Source: Mobula hypostoma (taxonomy: Eukaryota). Taken from it: a stretch of 64,000 nt of DNA. Position 1 is the stretch's first letter; every line of letters starts with the position of its first letter. The stretch lies in NCBI RefSeq assembly GCF_963921235.1, contig NC_086097.1:92940001-93004000 (forward strand). The letters run 5' to 3'. A program made the translations under genes and the position numbers. Below the pieces are notes generated by a model. The model ran no database searches. It was not told where the DNA came from and saw only the letters and a list, made by a program, of their open reading frames with translations. This document shows positions 12,905 to 25,318 of the stretch, in pieces.

Positions 12905-13520
12905 AGGACCCTCCAAGACCCCACCAACTTGGGCATTCAACCAGTGTGCAAAAGACAACAAACTGTGCAAATACAAAAAGAAATAAATAATAATAATTAA
13001 TAAATATCAAGAATATGAGATGAAGAGTCCTTGAAAGTGAGTCCATAAATTGTGGGAACACTTCAATGATGGGGCAAATGAAGTTGGGGAGGTAATAACT
13101 ATTCCTGAACACTGCTGACATCAGGTAAAAGGTACAGGAGCCTCAGGATCCTTGCCACCAGGTTCAGGAACAGTCACTACTCCCCAACCATCAGGCTCTT
13201 GAACCAATGCGGATAACTTCACTCGCCCCATCATTGAACTGTTCTCACAACCAAGAGACTCAATTTCAAGGACTCTTCATCTCATGTTCTTGATACTTAT
13301 TTATTATTATTATGCATTTCTTTTTGTATTTCCACAGTTTGTTGTCTTCTGCACATTGGTGGAGCACTCAAGTTGGGTGATCTTTCATCAATTCCTTTAT
13401 AGTTATTATTTTATCGATTAATTGAGGATGCCCACAAGAAAATGAATCTCATGGTTGTACAGTATGTTGGTGATTTCTATGTACTTTGATAATAAATTTA
13501 ATTTGAACTTTGAACTTTAA
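12905..13520. mobile_element. Two oppositely oriented 3' fragments of the same Rex/L2-type family ((TTTGAAC)n tail)
   Basis: gaatatgagatgaagagtccttgaaagtgagt (minus copy) versus actcaatttcaaggactcttcatctcatgttc (plus copy). Confidence 0.75.
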
Positions 13521-16500
13521 GGTGGCACTTTTCCAAGCAATCTGCCCTTTTGCTTCCTCTTTTCCCACCGTATGGAGACCCAAACTGTCCTTCCAGGTAA
13601 AGTACTTCTTCCAGTCTTGAGCACTGCATTCGACACGGAGAAACCTAGCACAAATTGAGTGATTGCTTTGTGGAGACATGACATAGATTTCATCACAAAG
13701 ACCAGAAAAATGTCACAACTATACTTAGAATTGGGACAGTCGGACAGATGGAACCAAGGAAAGTTTCATCATCTCAGGACCATTAAGCTTGCTCCAACCA
13801 AGCTCTTGCTTCAGCCACATATCTCATTGGTGAGGTTTATGGAACTGGGAGAGGAGAAGTACAGGAAGACACCTAGAAGGTGTTGGGGGAACCAGAGGCC
13901 AAACCAAGATAGATGTACAACTACAACACAGGAATCAAACGCGTGCTCTGCTGAGTGGTGAAAACACAACAGCAGCAGAATGCAGCCGTGACTTGACACA
14001 CAGAATTTGCCAGCTGGCATGAGGTCATGAGCAGAGGGCATCCTCTCTGGTGGAAGCGGGCTCCTTGGCAGGAGACTTCTGAGGAGAGATCCTCAGGAGA
14101 AGCAGCTATGGAGACTAGTGCAAAGTGAGAATGTAATAGTTCGGTGATAGGCTGTAGGAGAATTAATTGAGGCCAGATCTGGAAACTTAGTCCAAAGATG
14201 CCAGTGTCTGGGGGACTTTATGCCAAAATAAAGCACGCAGCACTTGGGAATTATGGTGGATGCTTGGTTTTCCTTTAGTAATTCATTATTAAAACAGGGA
14301 TAAAAGCATGGGTTATGCACAGTAAAACTCCAATAATCCAGCCCTTTTGGGATTTTGGTGGTTCCAGAGTGGCTAATTTCTCAGACTATTGAACGCTATA
14401 TGCAAACACAACTTTATTTCAGTTTTCTCATGTAGAGTAATATATTCAAAGAGAGCAGGGAAATATACCAGTATTCTTAAACCTGGCTCCAGCTGCAAAC
14501 CAACTCACTTTCCTGACCCCTCCCCCCCACTCAGTGTTCCAGACCTCAACCTCAAAGTTCCAGCCACACACCAAACTTCTGTCTGGACCCCAGGCCCAGC
14601 CACAAACTTGATGCCTAGCTTCCATTCCCAGCTCCTGGAGCCAGAAACCAGACCACAAGGATTCCTCAAAAAGCAGATGTCAGGCTATCGGAATTTTCCG
14701 CGCACCTCTTTAAGAATTGCACCATGTGACCAACATCTCACAAATGTACGTCGCAATGATGTTTGGAGAAGGGCATCCTGGAACCAGCTTGGAGCAGACC
14801 TCCCCAGCTGCAAAATAGTGTTTGCACTTCAGTAAGTAAATTGTTGGCTTCTGTATTGACTCACTCCCTATATCTAATAGGAGAGGGCATTGATACAGCG
14901 GCCACACCTGTAACTGTTGAGGACAGTGGATCCCAACCCAGGGGGTTGGGCAGGGGGGGTCCCCTGGATTCTTTGGTGAAGGGCACACTCGAGATTACAG
15001 GACCTCCAAGGGACTTCAATAATATTGAGGTAATCTCAGTCAACAGTTCATGGAACAAAGGAATAGTTGGCATTCTAGCCTGATGCATTACTAGGAGTGG
15101 CTTGGGATGCCAATGGGATGTTTTAGGGAGAAGGTATGTGTGAACAAGTTGTGTCTTCATTTAGAACGAGTGGCCCATTGCTCCTGGGCTCCGGCACTGG
15201 AATTCTCTCCCGAATCATTCGCAGAAATCCCTCCTTGTGAGTCTTTGAATGTTCTGACAAAGGAAGGGAAGGAAGCCATTCTATCTGTCGCATCCATGCT
15301 GCCTCCCAGGTAACCCCCTCTCCTTATTGCTCTCCATCCGTGTTTTACATGTGGTTTAGCATTCTATTGTGTCCCTGACCTCTACCTTGAATCTGGTGAG
15401 AAGGATTCAGGCTGTCAGAGACAAGTCATTTCTTTCTGAATGCTCAGCTTCTGGTCTACAATTATAACCACAATATTTATGAGGCTGGTCCAGCTGACTT
15501 TCTGGTCTTTAGTGATTCCCAGGACTTTTGACATCAAGGATGGGTGGTCAGACTCTCTCTAATGGGATGTTGCTATTGTCTGGCACTTTCATTGTATGGA
15601 TGTTACTTGCCTCCTATTAAACTATACCTCACTGTTGCCTTGTCATCTGCTTGAATCATCTACGGTTGAATACAGCGAATATCCCCTCTTCTGACCTCAG
15701 GATAGGCTATTGATGATGCAGCTGAAAGTGGTTAGGCCTTGGACATCATCCTGGGGACTCCATCAGTTTGTTCCAGAACTGGGATAATTTACCTCCACCA
15801 ACCACAAGCACCTTCCTTTGTGTAAGGTACAACAGCAGGTGCAAGAGCACCTTCGCGGATGGTCACGGACTTCATTTTTCCCAGGGCTCCGGATGCCAAG
15901 TCTAATGCCTAAGTCAGGGACATTAGGAAGGATTCTGGACTGACACAGTTAATTAAAAAATGCATTCAGTTAAAAATCCCAGAATGGGCTTGCTTGACTG
16001 AAACCAGAGCTGAAGTGAAGCTAGTGGGCCAGATGTGAGCTCCATCTGGTCCCTCCATTCAACACATCTGTGCTTTGTCAGAAGAGTGGGGGTGCTAAAG
16101 CATGGTGTGTTCAGGCCAAAGGTGTTCAATATAAGCAGCAGTTTAATGGAGTGCGAACATTTATCTGCTATTAAATATAATGTGATTGAGGTGAATGGAC
16201 CTTTTCAAAGGGAGAATTGTGAAACGAGTACAAAGTTCCTGTTCTCAGTGATGTTATAAGGAGGAAGGGATTTTCCTTCTGAGCAGAGGAAACCAACTAA
16301 TGTGTAAAATGATAACAGAGTGGTTGGAGATGTGGGGAAAAAACAGAACCGGCACATCACACTATTTGTCGATTAAACGTGAACAAGGTAAGGGACTATA
16401 TATTACTAAATTTTAAAACATTAGGGGTTAATGAGTGGTGAAAAATATTAATTGAGTCATAAAGTCACAGAGTAATAGAATCAACTAAAACCAGTAACTG

Positions 16501-17744
16501 GTCCTTTGTCTCAGCGGAATAGCATCAAGCAGTCATTTACATGAATCCCTTTTTATTCTCCTCACATTCCAATCAACAAGCCAGGCGCCCCCCCCCCCAC
16601 CACCTCCCCCACAGATTCTATCACTCACCTGAACAGTAGGGGCAGTTCGGCATGGCCAATTAGCCCACCAACCCGCACGTCCCCCAGATGCGGATGCAAG
16701 CCGGCACACCTGGAGGAAACATACAGCACAGCAGGTCATGATTAAATATGGGTTACTGGAACAGTGAGGCTCAAGTCTGATTCAGCAAATAGTTGTTTTA
16801 ATTATATTAGTAAACAATAACAGAACACCTGTTTATGAAATGGAAAAATAAGTTGCTTTTATAACCATAATAAAATGTGAAAATCATATGGTGTTTGGAT
16901 TTTCCTTTGGGCTTACTCGTATTTTCTTATAACTGGGGCTCCCTCTCTCCTGTAAGGCAGACAGGGGTCTGTGGCTTGCGGTTCTGAACATTGGCAGAGA
17001 TACAAAGAACAGTAATGGTGAGAAGACAGATAGTAAGAACTACCGAATGGGAATATGACACTCTACTATTCAATAAAGGTGAGAGGGGCAAACTATGAAT
17101 TACAGACTTGCTGGCCTAACATCTGTGACTAGGAAATTTAGTAATCTGTAATTAAGATCAGGGTGACAACTCTGAGCCATTTCTTTCCCACTGAGAGAGT
17201 CAGTGTGGATTTGTGAAGGGTAGATTGCACCATCAAAGCAATTTGATAATTTTGAAGAGGTGGCAAAAGTTGATGAAGGTAAAATGTCTGTGAATTTTAT
17301 ATATACATCTGAAAGTCAAATAATGAAGCCTCGTACAAGAGACCTCGGGCTAGCAATGTCGCTCATGGACTGACAGACCTGGCTGAGCTGCGAGAGCAGA
17401 GGTAATGGGCTGGGACTAGCAGTGTGGGTGGCTTATTCCTGCTGGGGCCTCAACAGCTCACCCATTTATAAAAACCTTACGTCCATGTCCACTGATGTCA
17501 CAAAGTCTGTACTCTAAGAAGCACAGACAGCAGGAGTAAATTACAGAGAAGTCTTTTGCATCCGCATTCTGATGTCCTCTACCTCTCCCCACTGCCTTCT
17601 CACAAGAAAGATCTCGTCAGTGGATGGAGGTGCAGAACATGACTCCTCTGTATCGCCAGGAGCTCCTGGCTTTGAAATGTTTGCTTCACGTTCTTTACCA
17701 GGGAAACCATTGTTGAATTTTCTGCAGCACACACATTGAAAACT

Positions 17745-18205
17745 TACAAGAAGCATTTGACAGCTCTGGACCTTTTTTCTTGCTGGAGTTTATAGAAGAA
17801 TGAGGGGGGATCTTTTTGAAACCTACCAAATATTGAAAAGCATAGATAGAGTGAAAGTGGAGAGGATGTTTCCATAAGTGGGAACGTCTAGGACCAGAGG
17901 GCACAACCTCAGAATGGAAGGCTGTCCTTTTAGAACAGAGAGTAAGAGGATTTCCTTTAACCAGAGGGTGATGAATCTGTGGAAGTCATTGCCACAGACA
18001 GCTGTGGAGGCCAAGTCATTGGGTATATTTAAAGCAGAGGTTGACAGGTTCTTCATTAGTAAGGGCATCAGAAGTTATGGGGAGAAGGCAGGAGAAAGAG
18101 GTACGGAGGGATAATAAATCAACCATGATTGAATAGCAGAGCAAACTCAATGGGCCAAATAAATTCTGCCCAATGTCTTATGATCTTATGGCTCTATGGT
18201 GTTAT
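17745..18205 (+). mobile_element. CR1-type 3' fragment
   Basis: RTRGHNLR...FNQRVMNLWKSLPQ; tatggtct-like tail. Confidence 0.88.
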
Positions 18206-18569
18206 GGTCTAACTTCCCATTACATATTTCACCTGGAAGATGCCCAACCTTTAAAAGAAGCAGGCTCCCTTTCAATAGAGCTGTGCCCTTGTGACATCAG
18301 AAGCCTTGCTATTGAGTATGTGTGTATGTCAATGGCTGCAAACAGCCTTGATGGAAAATAGCAAGCAGCACAAATCTGATACCATGTCTATGCCACAAGG
18401 ACAAGGTGTTGATAAAAGGCTATTTCATTCTTTGTGCCCATTCCTAATTTGTCTCATGTTGCCTTGTGATGATCCATTGCTATTTGTGGGACCTCAGGAA
18501 GCATATGTACCTACATAAACCAAGCAACATCTTGAAGAAGTAAGTCATTGGTGTGAAGCCCCAGGGAAC

Positions 18570-19415
18570 AGGTTTATTCACCACATGTACATCGAAATGC
18601 AATGTCTGCATTAACAACCAACACACAGCCCACAGGTGCCACCACGTATTCCGGCGCCAACATGACATGCCCACGATGCTTTGCAGAACAACACTGAACA
18701 CAACAAGACAGCACATACCAAGGAACAAAACAACAACAGCAACAAAGCCCCGTTCTTCGCCCCCACCACCCGACCCACAGACACACACAGCCTCGCAACC
18801 CCAGGACACAACGTCTTCTTTGGATTTCTGCCTCCAGTGGACTAGTAGATCACAGATATTTGGCCTTTGACGTCCTCAGTGGACTCGCAGAGATCTGCAG
18901 ATTCATTGGTCCTCCACATCTGGACTTCTGATCAATGCTCGGGCTTTGACCTGGACTCCCAATTGAGCTTCGGGCTTCAGTAGCAACCCAGAACTTGCCA
19001 AAGGCGATGAATGAGGATCCGAAATCCAGGCCTCGAGTTCTGGACTCGCAGATGACAGGAACCCAGACACTAGGCCTTGAATCCCAGTCTCACAATTCGC
19101 GTACCTAGGGGACACTGGCTCTTTTTCTTTCTGTCCACATGGAACTCTGATCCCAGAACAGGCCAATGACTCCAGCCCTCAACCTCACTGGTCCATGAGC
19201 TCAACATCCAACCACATCCACATCACTGATCTTTGAACGCCGAACAGAGGCTTAGACTCTGGCCTGTCCTCTATTTACCCCACATATCCCTCCCTAAACC
19301 CCAACCCGATCCCCAAAAACATCCTCTGTCCCCAAGAACACCCGTCCCCATGAACCTAAAAAATAGCTTAGTCTGAGACACAGCCTCAACAGGGACCACA
19401 GCTGAACGCCATCTT
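18570..19415 (-). mobile_element. Non-autonomous retroelement starting AAGATGGCG with a LINE-like tail
   Basis: cgccatctt at 19407-19415; tail ttcgatgtacatgtggtgaataaac on the minus strand; no ORF. Confidence 0.55.
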
Positions 19416-19552
19416 AAAAAACATATGGAGATAGATAGAAGTGCTATAGAAATGTAAACATGAGGAAATGTGCAGATGCTGGAAATTCAAGCAACACACA
19501 TCAAAGTTGCTGGTGAACGCAGCAGGCCAGGCAGCATCTCTAGGAAGAGGTG

Positions 19553-19594
19553 CAGTCGACGTTTCAGGCTGAGACCCTTCGTCAGGACTAACTG
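19553..19594 (-). ncRNA. Minimal type I hammerhead ribozyme
   Basis: Minus strand: agtc-CTGACGA-A-gggtctcagcct-GAAA-CGTC-gact. Confidence 0.78.
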
Positions 19595-22192
19595 AAGGAA
19601 GAGCTAGTAAGAGATTTGAAAGTGGGATGGGGAGGGGGAGATCTGAAATGATAGGAGAAGACAGGAGGGGGAGGGATGGAGCCAAGAGCTGGACAGGTGA
19701 TAGGCAAAGGGGATATGAGAGGACCATGGGATCTAGGGAGAAAGAAAGGGGGAAGGGGGAAGCCCAGAGGATGGGCAAGGAATATAGTGAGAGGACAGAG
19801 GGAGAAAAAGGAGAGAGAGAAAAAGAAAAAAATATATATATATAATAAATAAATAATGATGGGGTACGACGGGGAGGAGGGGCATTAACGGAAGTTAGAG
19901 AAGTCAATGTTCATGCCATCAAGTTGGAGGCTACCCAGACAGAATATAAGGTGTTGTTCCTCCAACATGAGTGTGGCTTTATCTTGACAGCAGAGGAGGC
20001 CATGGATAGACATATCAGAATGGGAATGGGACGTGGAATTAAAATGTGTGGCCACTGGGAGATCCTGCTTTCTCTGGTGGACAGAGCGTAGGTGTTCAGC
20101 AAAGCGGTCTCCCAATCTGCGTCGGGTCTCACCAATATATAGAAGGCCACATCGGGAGCACCGGACGCAGTATATCACCCCAGCCGACTCACAGGTGAAG
20201 TGTCGCCTCACCTGGAAGGACTGTCTGGGGCCCTGAATGGTGGTGAGGGAGGAAGTGTAAGGGCATGTGTAGCGCTTGTTCCACTTACAAGGATAAGTAC
20301 CGGGAGGGAGATCGGTGGGGAGGGATGGGGGGACGAATGGACAAGGGAGTCGTGTAGGGAGCGATCCCTGTGGAAAGCAGAAAGTGGGGGGGGGGGGAGG
20401 AAAATATGTGCTTAGTGGTGGGATCCTGTTGGAGGTGGTGGAATATCGGAGAATTATATGTTGGACCCGGAGGCTGGTGGGGTGGTAGGTGAGGACCAGG
20501 GGAACCCTATTCCTAGTGGGGTGGCGGGAGAATGGAGTGAGAGCAGATGTGCGTGAAATGGGGGAGATGCGTTTGAGAGCAGAGTTGATGGTGGAGGAAG
20601 GGAAGCCTCTTTCTTTAAAAAAGGAAAACATCTCCTTCGTCCTGGAATGAAAAGACTCATCCTGAGAGCAGACGTGGCAGAGACAGAGGAATTTGCGAGA
20701 AGGGGATGGCATTTTTGCAAGAGACAGGGTGAGAAGAGGAATAGTCCAGATAGCTGTGAGAGTCTGTAGGCTTATAGTAGACATCAGTAGATAAGCTGTC
20801 TCCAGAGATAGAGACAGAAAGATCTAGAAAGGATCAGAAATGGACCAGGTAAACTTGAGGGCAGGGTGAAAGTTGGAGCCAAAGTTAATAAAGTCAATGA
20901 GCTCAGCATGTGTGCAGGAAGCAGCGCCAATGCAGTCGTCGATGTAGTGAGGAAAAGTGGGGGACAGATACCAGTATAGGTTTGGAACATGGATTGTTCC
21001 ACAAAGCCAATGAAAAGGCAGGCTATCTGGACTATTCCTCTTCTCACCCTGTCTCTTGCAAAAATGCTATCCCCTTCTCGCAATTCCTCCGTCTCTGCCG
21101 CATCTGCTCTCAGGAGGAGGCTTTTCATTCCAGGACAAAAGAGATGTCCTCCTTTTTTAAAGAAAGGGGCTTCCCTTCCTCCACCATCAACTCTGCTCTC
21201 AAACACATCTCTCCCATTTCACGCACATCTGCTCTCACCTCATCTTCCCGTCACCCCACTAGGAATAGGGTTCCCCTGGTCCTCACCTACCACCCCACCA
21301 GCCTTGGGGTCCAACATATAATTCTCTGTAACTTCTGCCACCTCCAACGGGATCCCACCACTAAGCACATATTTTCCTCCCCTCCCCACTTTCTGCTTTC
21401 CGCAGGGATCGCTCCCTATTCGACTCCCTTGTCCATTCGTCCCCCACATCCCTCCCCACCAATCTCCTTCCTGGCACTTATCCTTGTAAGCGGAACAAGT
21501 GTTACACATGCCCTTACACTTCCTCCCTTACCACCATTCAGGGCCCCAGACAGTCCTTCCAGGTGAGGCAACACTTCACCTGTGAGTCGGCTGGGGTGAT
21601 ATACTGCGTCCAGTGCTCCTGATGTGGCCTTCTATATATTGGCGAGACCCGACGCAGACTGGGAGACTGCTTTGCTGAACACCTACGCTCTGTCCACCAG
21701 AGAAAGCAGGATCTCCCAGTGGCCACACATTTTAATTCCACATCCCATTCCCATTCTGACATGTCTATCCACGGCCTCCTCTACTGTAAAGATGAAGCCA
21801 CACTCAGGTTGGAGGAGCAACACCTTATATTCCGTCTGGGTAGCCTCCAACCTGATGGCATGAACATTTACTTCTCTAATTTCCGTTAATGCCCCTTCTC
21901 CCCCTCATACCCCATCGTTATTTATTTATTTATTTATTATATATTTTTTTCTTTTTCTCTCTCTCCTTTTTCTCCCTCTGTCCCTCTCACTATATCCCTT
22001 GCCCATCCTCTGGGTTTCCCCCCCGCCCCGCTTGTCTTTCTCCCCGGACCTCCTGTCCCATGATCCTCTCATATCCCCTTTGCCAATCACCTGTCCAGCT
22101 CTTGGCTCCATCCCTCCCCCTCCTGTCTTCTCCTATCATTTCAGATCTCCCCCTCCCCCTCCCACTTTCAAATCTCTTACTAGCTCTTCTTT

Positions 22193-22235
22193 CAGTTAGT
22201 CCTGACGAAGGGTCTCGGCCCGAAACGTCGACTGT
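22193..22235 (+). ncRNA. Minimal type I hammerhead ribozyme
   Basis: Helix I agtc/gact, CTGACGA at 22202-22208, helix II gggt-ctcg-gccc, GAAA, palindromic ACGT, predicted cleavage after C22229. Confidence 0.85.
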
Positions 22236-23395
22236 ACCTCTTCCTAGAGATGCTGCCTGGCCTGCTGCGTTCACCAGCAATTTTTATGTGTGTTGATAGA
22301 AATGTAATTCTGTTGTCTTTAAAAGTATTACCTTTTTGACTTGGCTGAAGGATCTATTTTTGCCTGAAAGTGACGGATCAGTTGTTATACTGAGTGACGT
22401 CAGATTGATGAACATCTTGGCATGGAATAGGAAGTAGCTAACCAAATCCTTTGCTATGGGTAATAGTTAAGAAATAGTTCTGGCCCTTTCACGTACTTGG
22501 TGCTGGTTCACTGTACTGTGGAGTATTGAAATCTCAGGTGTTGTACACCATTATTCTCAATGGGTACTTAATGGAACAGTATTACTCATGTGCTCTTACA
22601 TTCCTGCTGGGATGTACTAGAATATCACGGCATAGGGTCTGGCAATCCAAGTGTACAAGATCCTATTCCCTCTTTTTAGTCAGTTTGGCATGTTGGTTTG
22701 CTCAAGGAGCAATGCTAACCCCGGGATTCCAAACTCAGGATCCCGATCACCGAGAAGGATAAGCTCAGCAGATGCATGGTTACACCACCACCCGCAGGTT
22801 CCTCTCCAAGTCACACACTACCTTGGCTTGGGAATCTATCAACAGGCCTTCATCTCTCTCAGGTATGAATTCCTGGAACCCTCTACCCAAGAGCACTGTG
22901 AGAGTATCCTCATCCAAATGACCGCTTTGGTTCAAGAAGGCATCTCAGCACCACCTTCATATGGGCAGTGGGGGATGGGTTATAAATACGGGCCTTGTGA
23001 GAGTCCAACAAAGTGAATACATTAGGAAAAGGGTGTTTTTACCTGCTCCTGGGAGTAAAATATCACAACTACAGAAATCGCAGCTTTCGCACCACACCAG
23101 ATTTAAAAGTGCCAGCTGGACGCATTCCAGCAGACATCATAGACAGCCTGCTACACCCTGCCTCCAGGCTCTTGCTATTGGCCAGCAAACATGTCAATCC
23201 CTGACAATCTTGCCTTCCACACGGCCAATTGGAAAGCAAGCAGGTTCTTTATTATCAGAGTGGATTTTTTTTTCTCCATAGTTGGCAAGCAAACCTTTCA
23301 CGTATCTCAGACATTTTTATTCCCATTTTAAATTCCTATATTACTACTAACGAGTCTGCCAAGTAAAATCTTCATGAAAATGCATTTTCTCGTTC

Positions 23396-23759
23396 CTTAC
23401 TTACTTAAGCTCTCCACCCCTCCTGGGACAGCAGCTCACCCATCCTTTGTCCTGGGACAGCAGCTCACCCATCCTTTGTCCTGGGACAGCAGCTCACCCA
23501 TCCTTTGTCCTGGGGCAGTAGCTCACCCATCCTTTGTCCTGGGACAGCAGCTCACCCATCCTTTGTCCTGGGACAGCAGCTCACCCATCCTTTGTCCTGG
23601 GGCAGTAGCTCAAGTTGTATAATTCTTCTCCCGGGGATGAGGTCCTTGGAGCTTGTTTTGGTGTTTCTCTAGCTCTGGGCTTTTATGGAATGGAATTGCT
23701 AGCCCCATGCCCAGCCCTCCTCTTTTCGCAAGTGGGATTGTGTCCGTCACGGCAGAGTT
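23396..23759 (-). mobile_element. RTE-derived short non-autonomous element with (TAAG)n tail
   Basis: 5' part gagggctgggcatggggctagcaa resembles RTE 5'UTRs. It ends cttaagtaagtaag and has no ORF. Confidence 0.65.
23422..23612. repeat. 29-bp minisatellite, 6.6 copies
   Basis: Unit cctgggacagcagctcacccatcctttgt; units 4 and 7 are the variant cctggggcagtagctca. Confidence 0.97.
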
Positions 23760-23760
23760 A
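23715..23760 (-). ncRNA. Degenerate type P1 twister ribozyme
   Basis: Minus strand UAACUCUGCCGUGACGGACACAAUCCCACUUGCGAAAAGAGGAGGG follows the twister pattern UAAC..UGCC..CGGUCCCAAGCCCG..GAGGG. Confidence 0.6.
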
Positions 23761-25318
23761 TTTTCTTACCCTTACCATTTATTGTTTTATCTGATATTCA
23801 CCATTGAAGTTTCCGGTGCTCCACTCTTTAATTCCTCAAGACTACAGGAAACCCACTACCAGATTGACATAGATCGGAGTGGGAAAGGAATATGAAGGAG
23901 CCCTTAAATTTCAAGGGACCACAATTGTTTCTGAGACTTTATACTTATTCTTTACATTCTATGATATTAGGCAGTTGAGAATTTTCTCCATGGCTGTTAA
24001 GTTCTTCCCCAAGTTATGGAAAAAATAGCTGTAGAGCCTCTGTCAGAGGGTTCATCAAAAATTGAGACCTTTAAGCCCCATCTCTAATCATTTCAAGCTT
24101 ATAAGCTGTCTATGAAGCACAACAGTAAACTCAGGCAAGGAACATTCTCACTCCACCCCACGTGAGGAGATATTGGAAGTGACCAAAAACTGTGGCCGAA
24201 GTTATTGTCTTTAAGGACCACTTAAAGGAAGGAAATGAAGAACACAGAAGCAAGCATTTTCATGTACAACTATATAAAACTTTGGTATAATATGCAGATC
24301 TGGATGCCACGCTTCTGGATAAGGTGCAGAAGGGATTTACCAGAATGTACCAAACAAGATACTGGAGGGACTCAGCACATCAGGAAGCATCTGTGAAGGG
24401 AAATGGACAGTCGGGTTTCGGGTCAAGACCCTTCATCTGCTCCTGCAGTTAACTGCCTGGCCCAAGGCCACAAGAAGCTGCAGAAAACTGAGGACACAGC
24501 ACAGCACATCACTGAAACCAGCCTCCCATCCGTGGATTCTACCTACACTTCTCACTGCTTTGGTAAAGCAGCCAATATCAAAGACTTCTTTCACCATGAG
24601 GAGCCTCTCTTCCCCAACCCCACTAAGCAGAAGATAGAAAGCTTGAAAGCACATACCATCAGGCTCAACGACAGTTTCTGTCCTGCTGTTATAACTCTAT
24701 TAAGCAATATTGTACCTTTTGTATGATAAGATGAACACAATCTGCCTCCTCATGGCCTTTCACCTTATTGTCTACCTGCACTGCACTTTCTCCGTAACCG
24801 TAACACTTTATTCTGCATTCTGTTACTACTTTTGCCTTGAACCACCTTGATAGATGCCATCAGACAAAAATAATGAGAAACCAATTTACCAGTCACTTGT
24901 GTCTCCATTTTACCAGGAAGTTATCTGGGATGTAGTGTTGAAGTTATGAATGGGAGCCCAAGTTGTGTTTTTTTTTGAGTGGAGAAGATTGAGGGGATTT
25001 CTGATTGAGTCATACAAGGCTGCGATAGACACAGACAGGGAGATAGCCGTTTTTTTTCTTACAGTTCAGAGATAGCCACAACTAGAGGCAAAGACTTAAG
25101 GTAAGAATAGGAGATTCAGAGGGAATTTGATGAAAAGTTTTCTTTTCCCCCACTGAGTGTGGTTAAAGTCTGGAACACACTTCCTGAGTAGATGATGGAA
25201 TACTGAAATGAGCACTTGAAATGCTATGGCATAGAAGGCCTCGGGTCAATCAGTGGAGAGTGGGATTATTATAGGGAGGTTCTTGACAGCCAGCATAGAA
25301 AGAGAGGGCTAAAGTTTT

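Larger units (their letters stand above)
19458..22295. mobile_element. Inverted (tail-out) Penelope-like element pair in one TSD: minus arm 19458-21021, plus arm 21022-22295
   Basis: Perfect TSD atagaaatgtaa at 19446-19457 and 22296-22307. Both arms encode RT thumb and GIY-YIG (VIYCVRCSRCGLLYIGET). RT YIDD codons at 20935-20946 (minus). Confidence 0.95.

Noticed and set aside
19885..20784. 299-aa ORF as an intact gene
   Set aside because: It is a frameshift mosaic of PLE RT-thumb and GIY-YIG frames in a truncated copy.
23422..23612. 29-bp repeats as a CRISPR array
   Set aside because: The units are contiguous with no unique spacers, there are no cas genes, and the context is eukaryotic.
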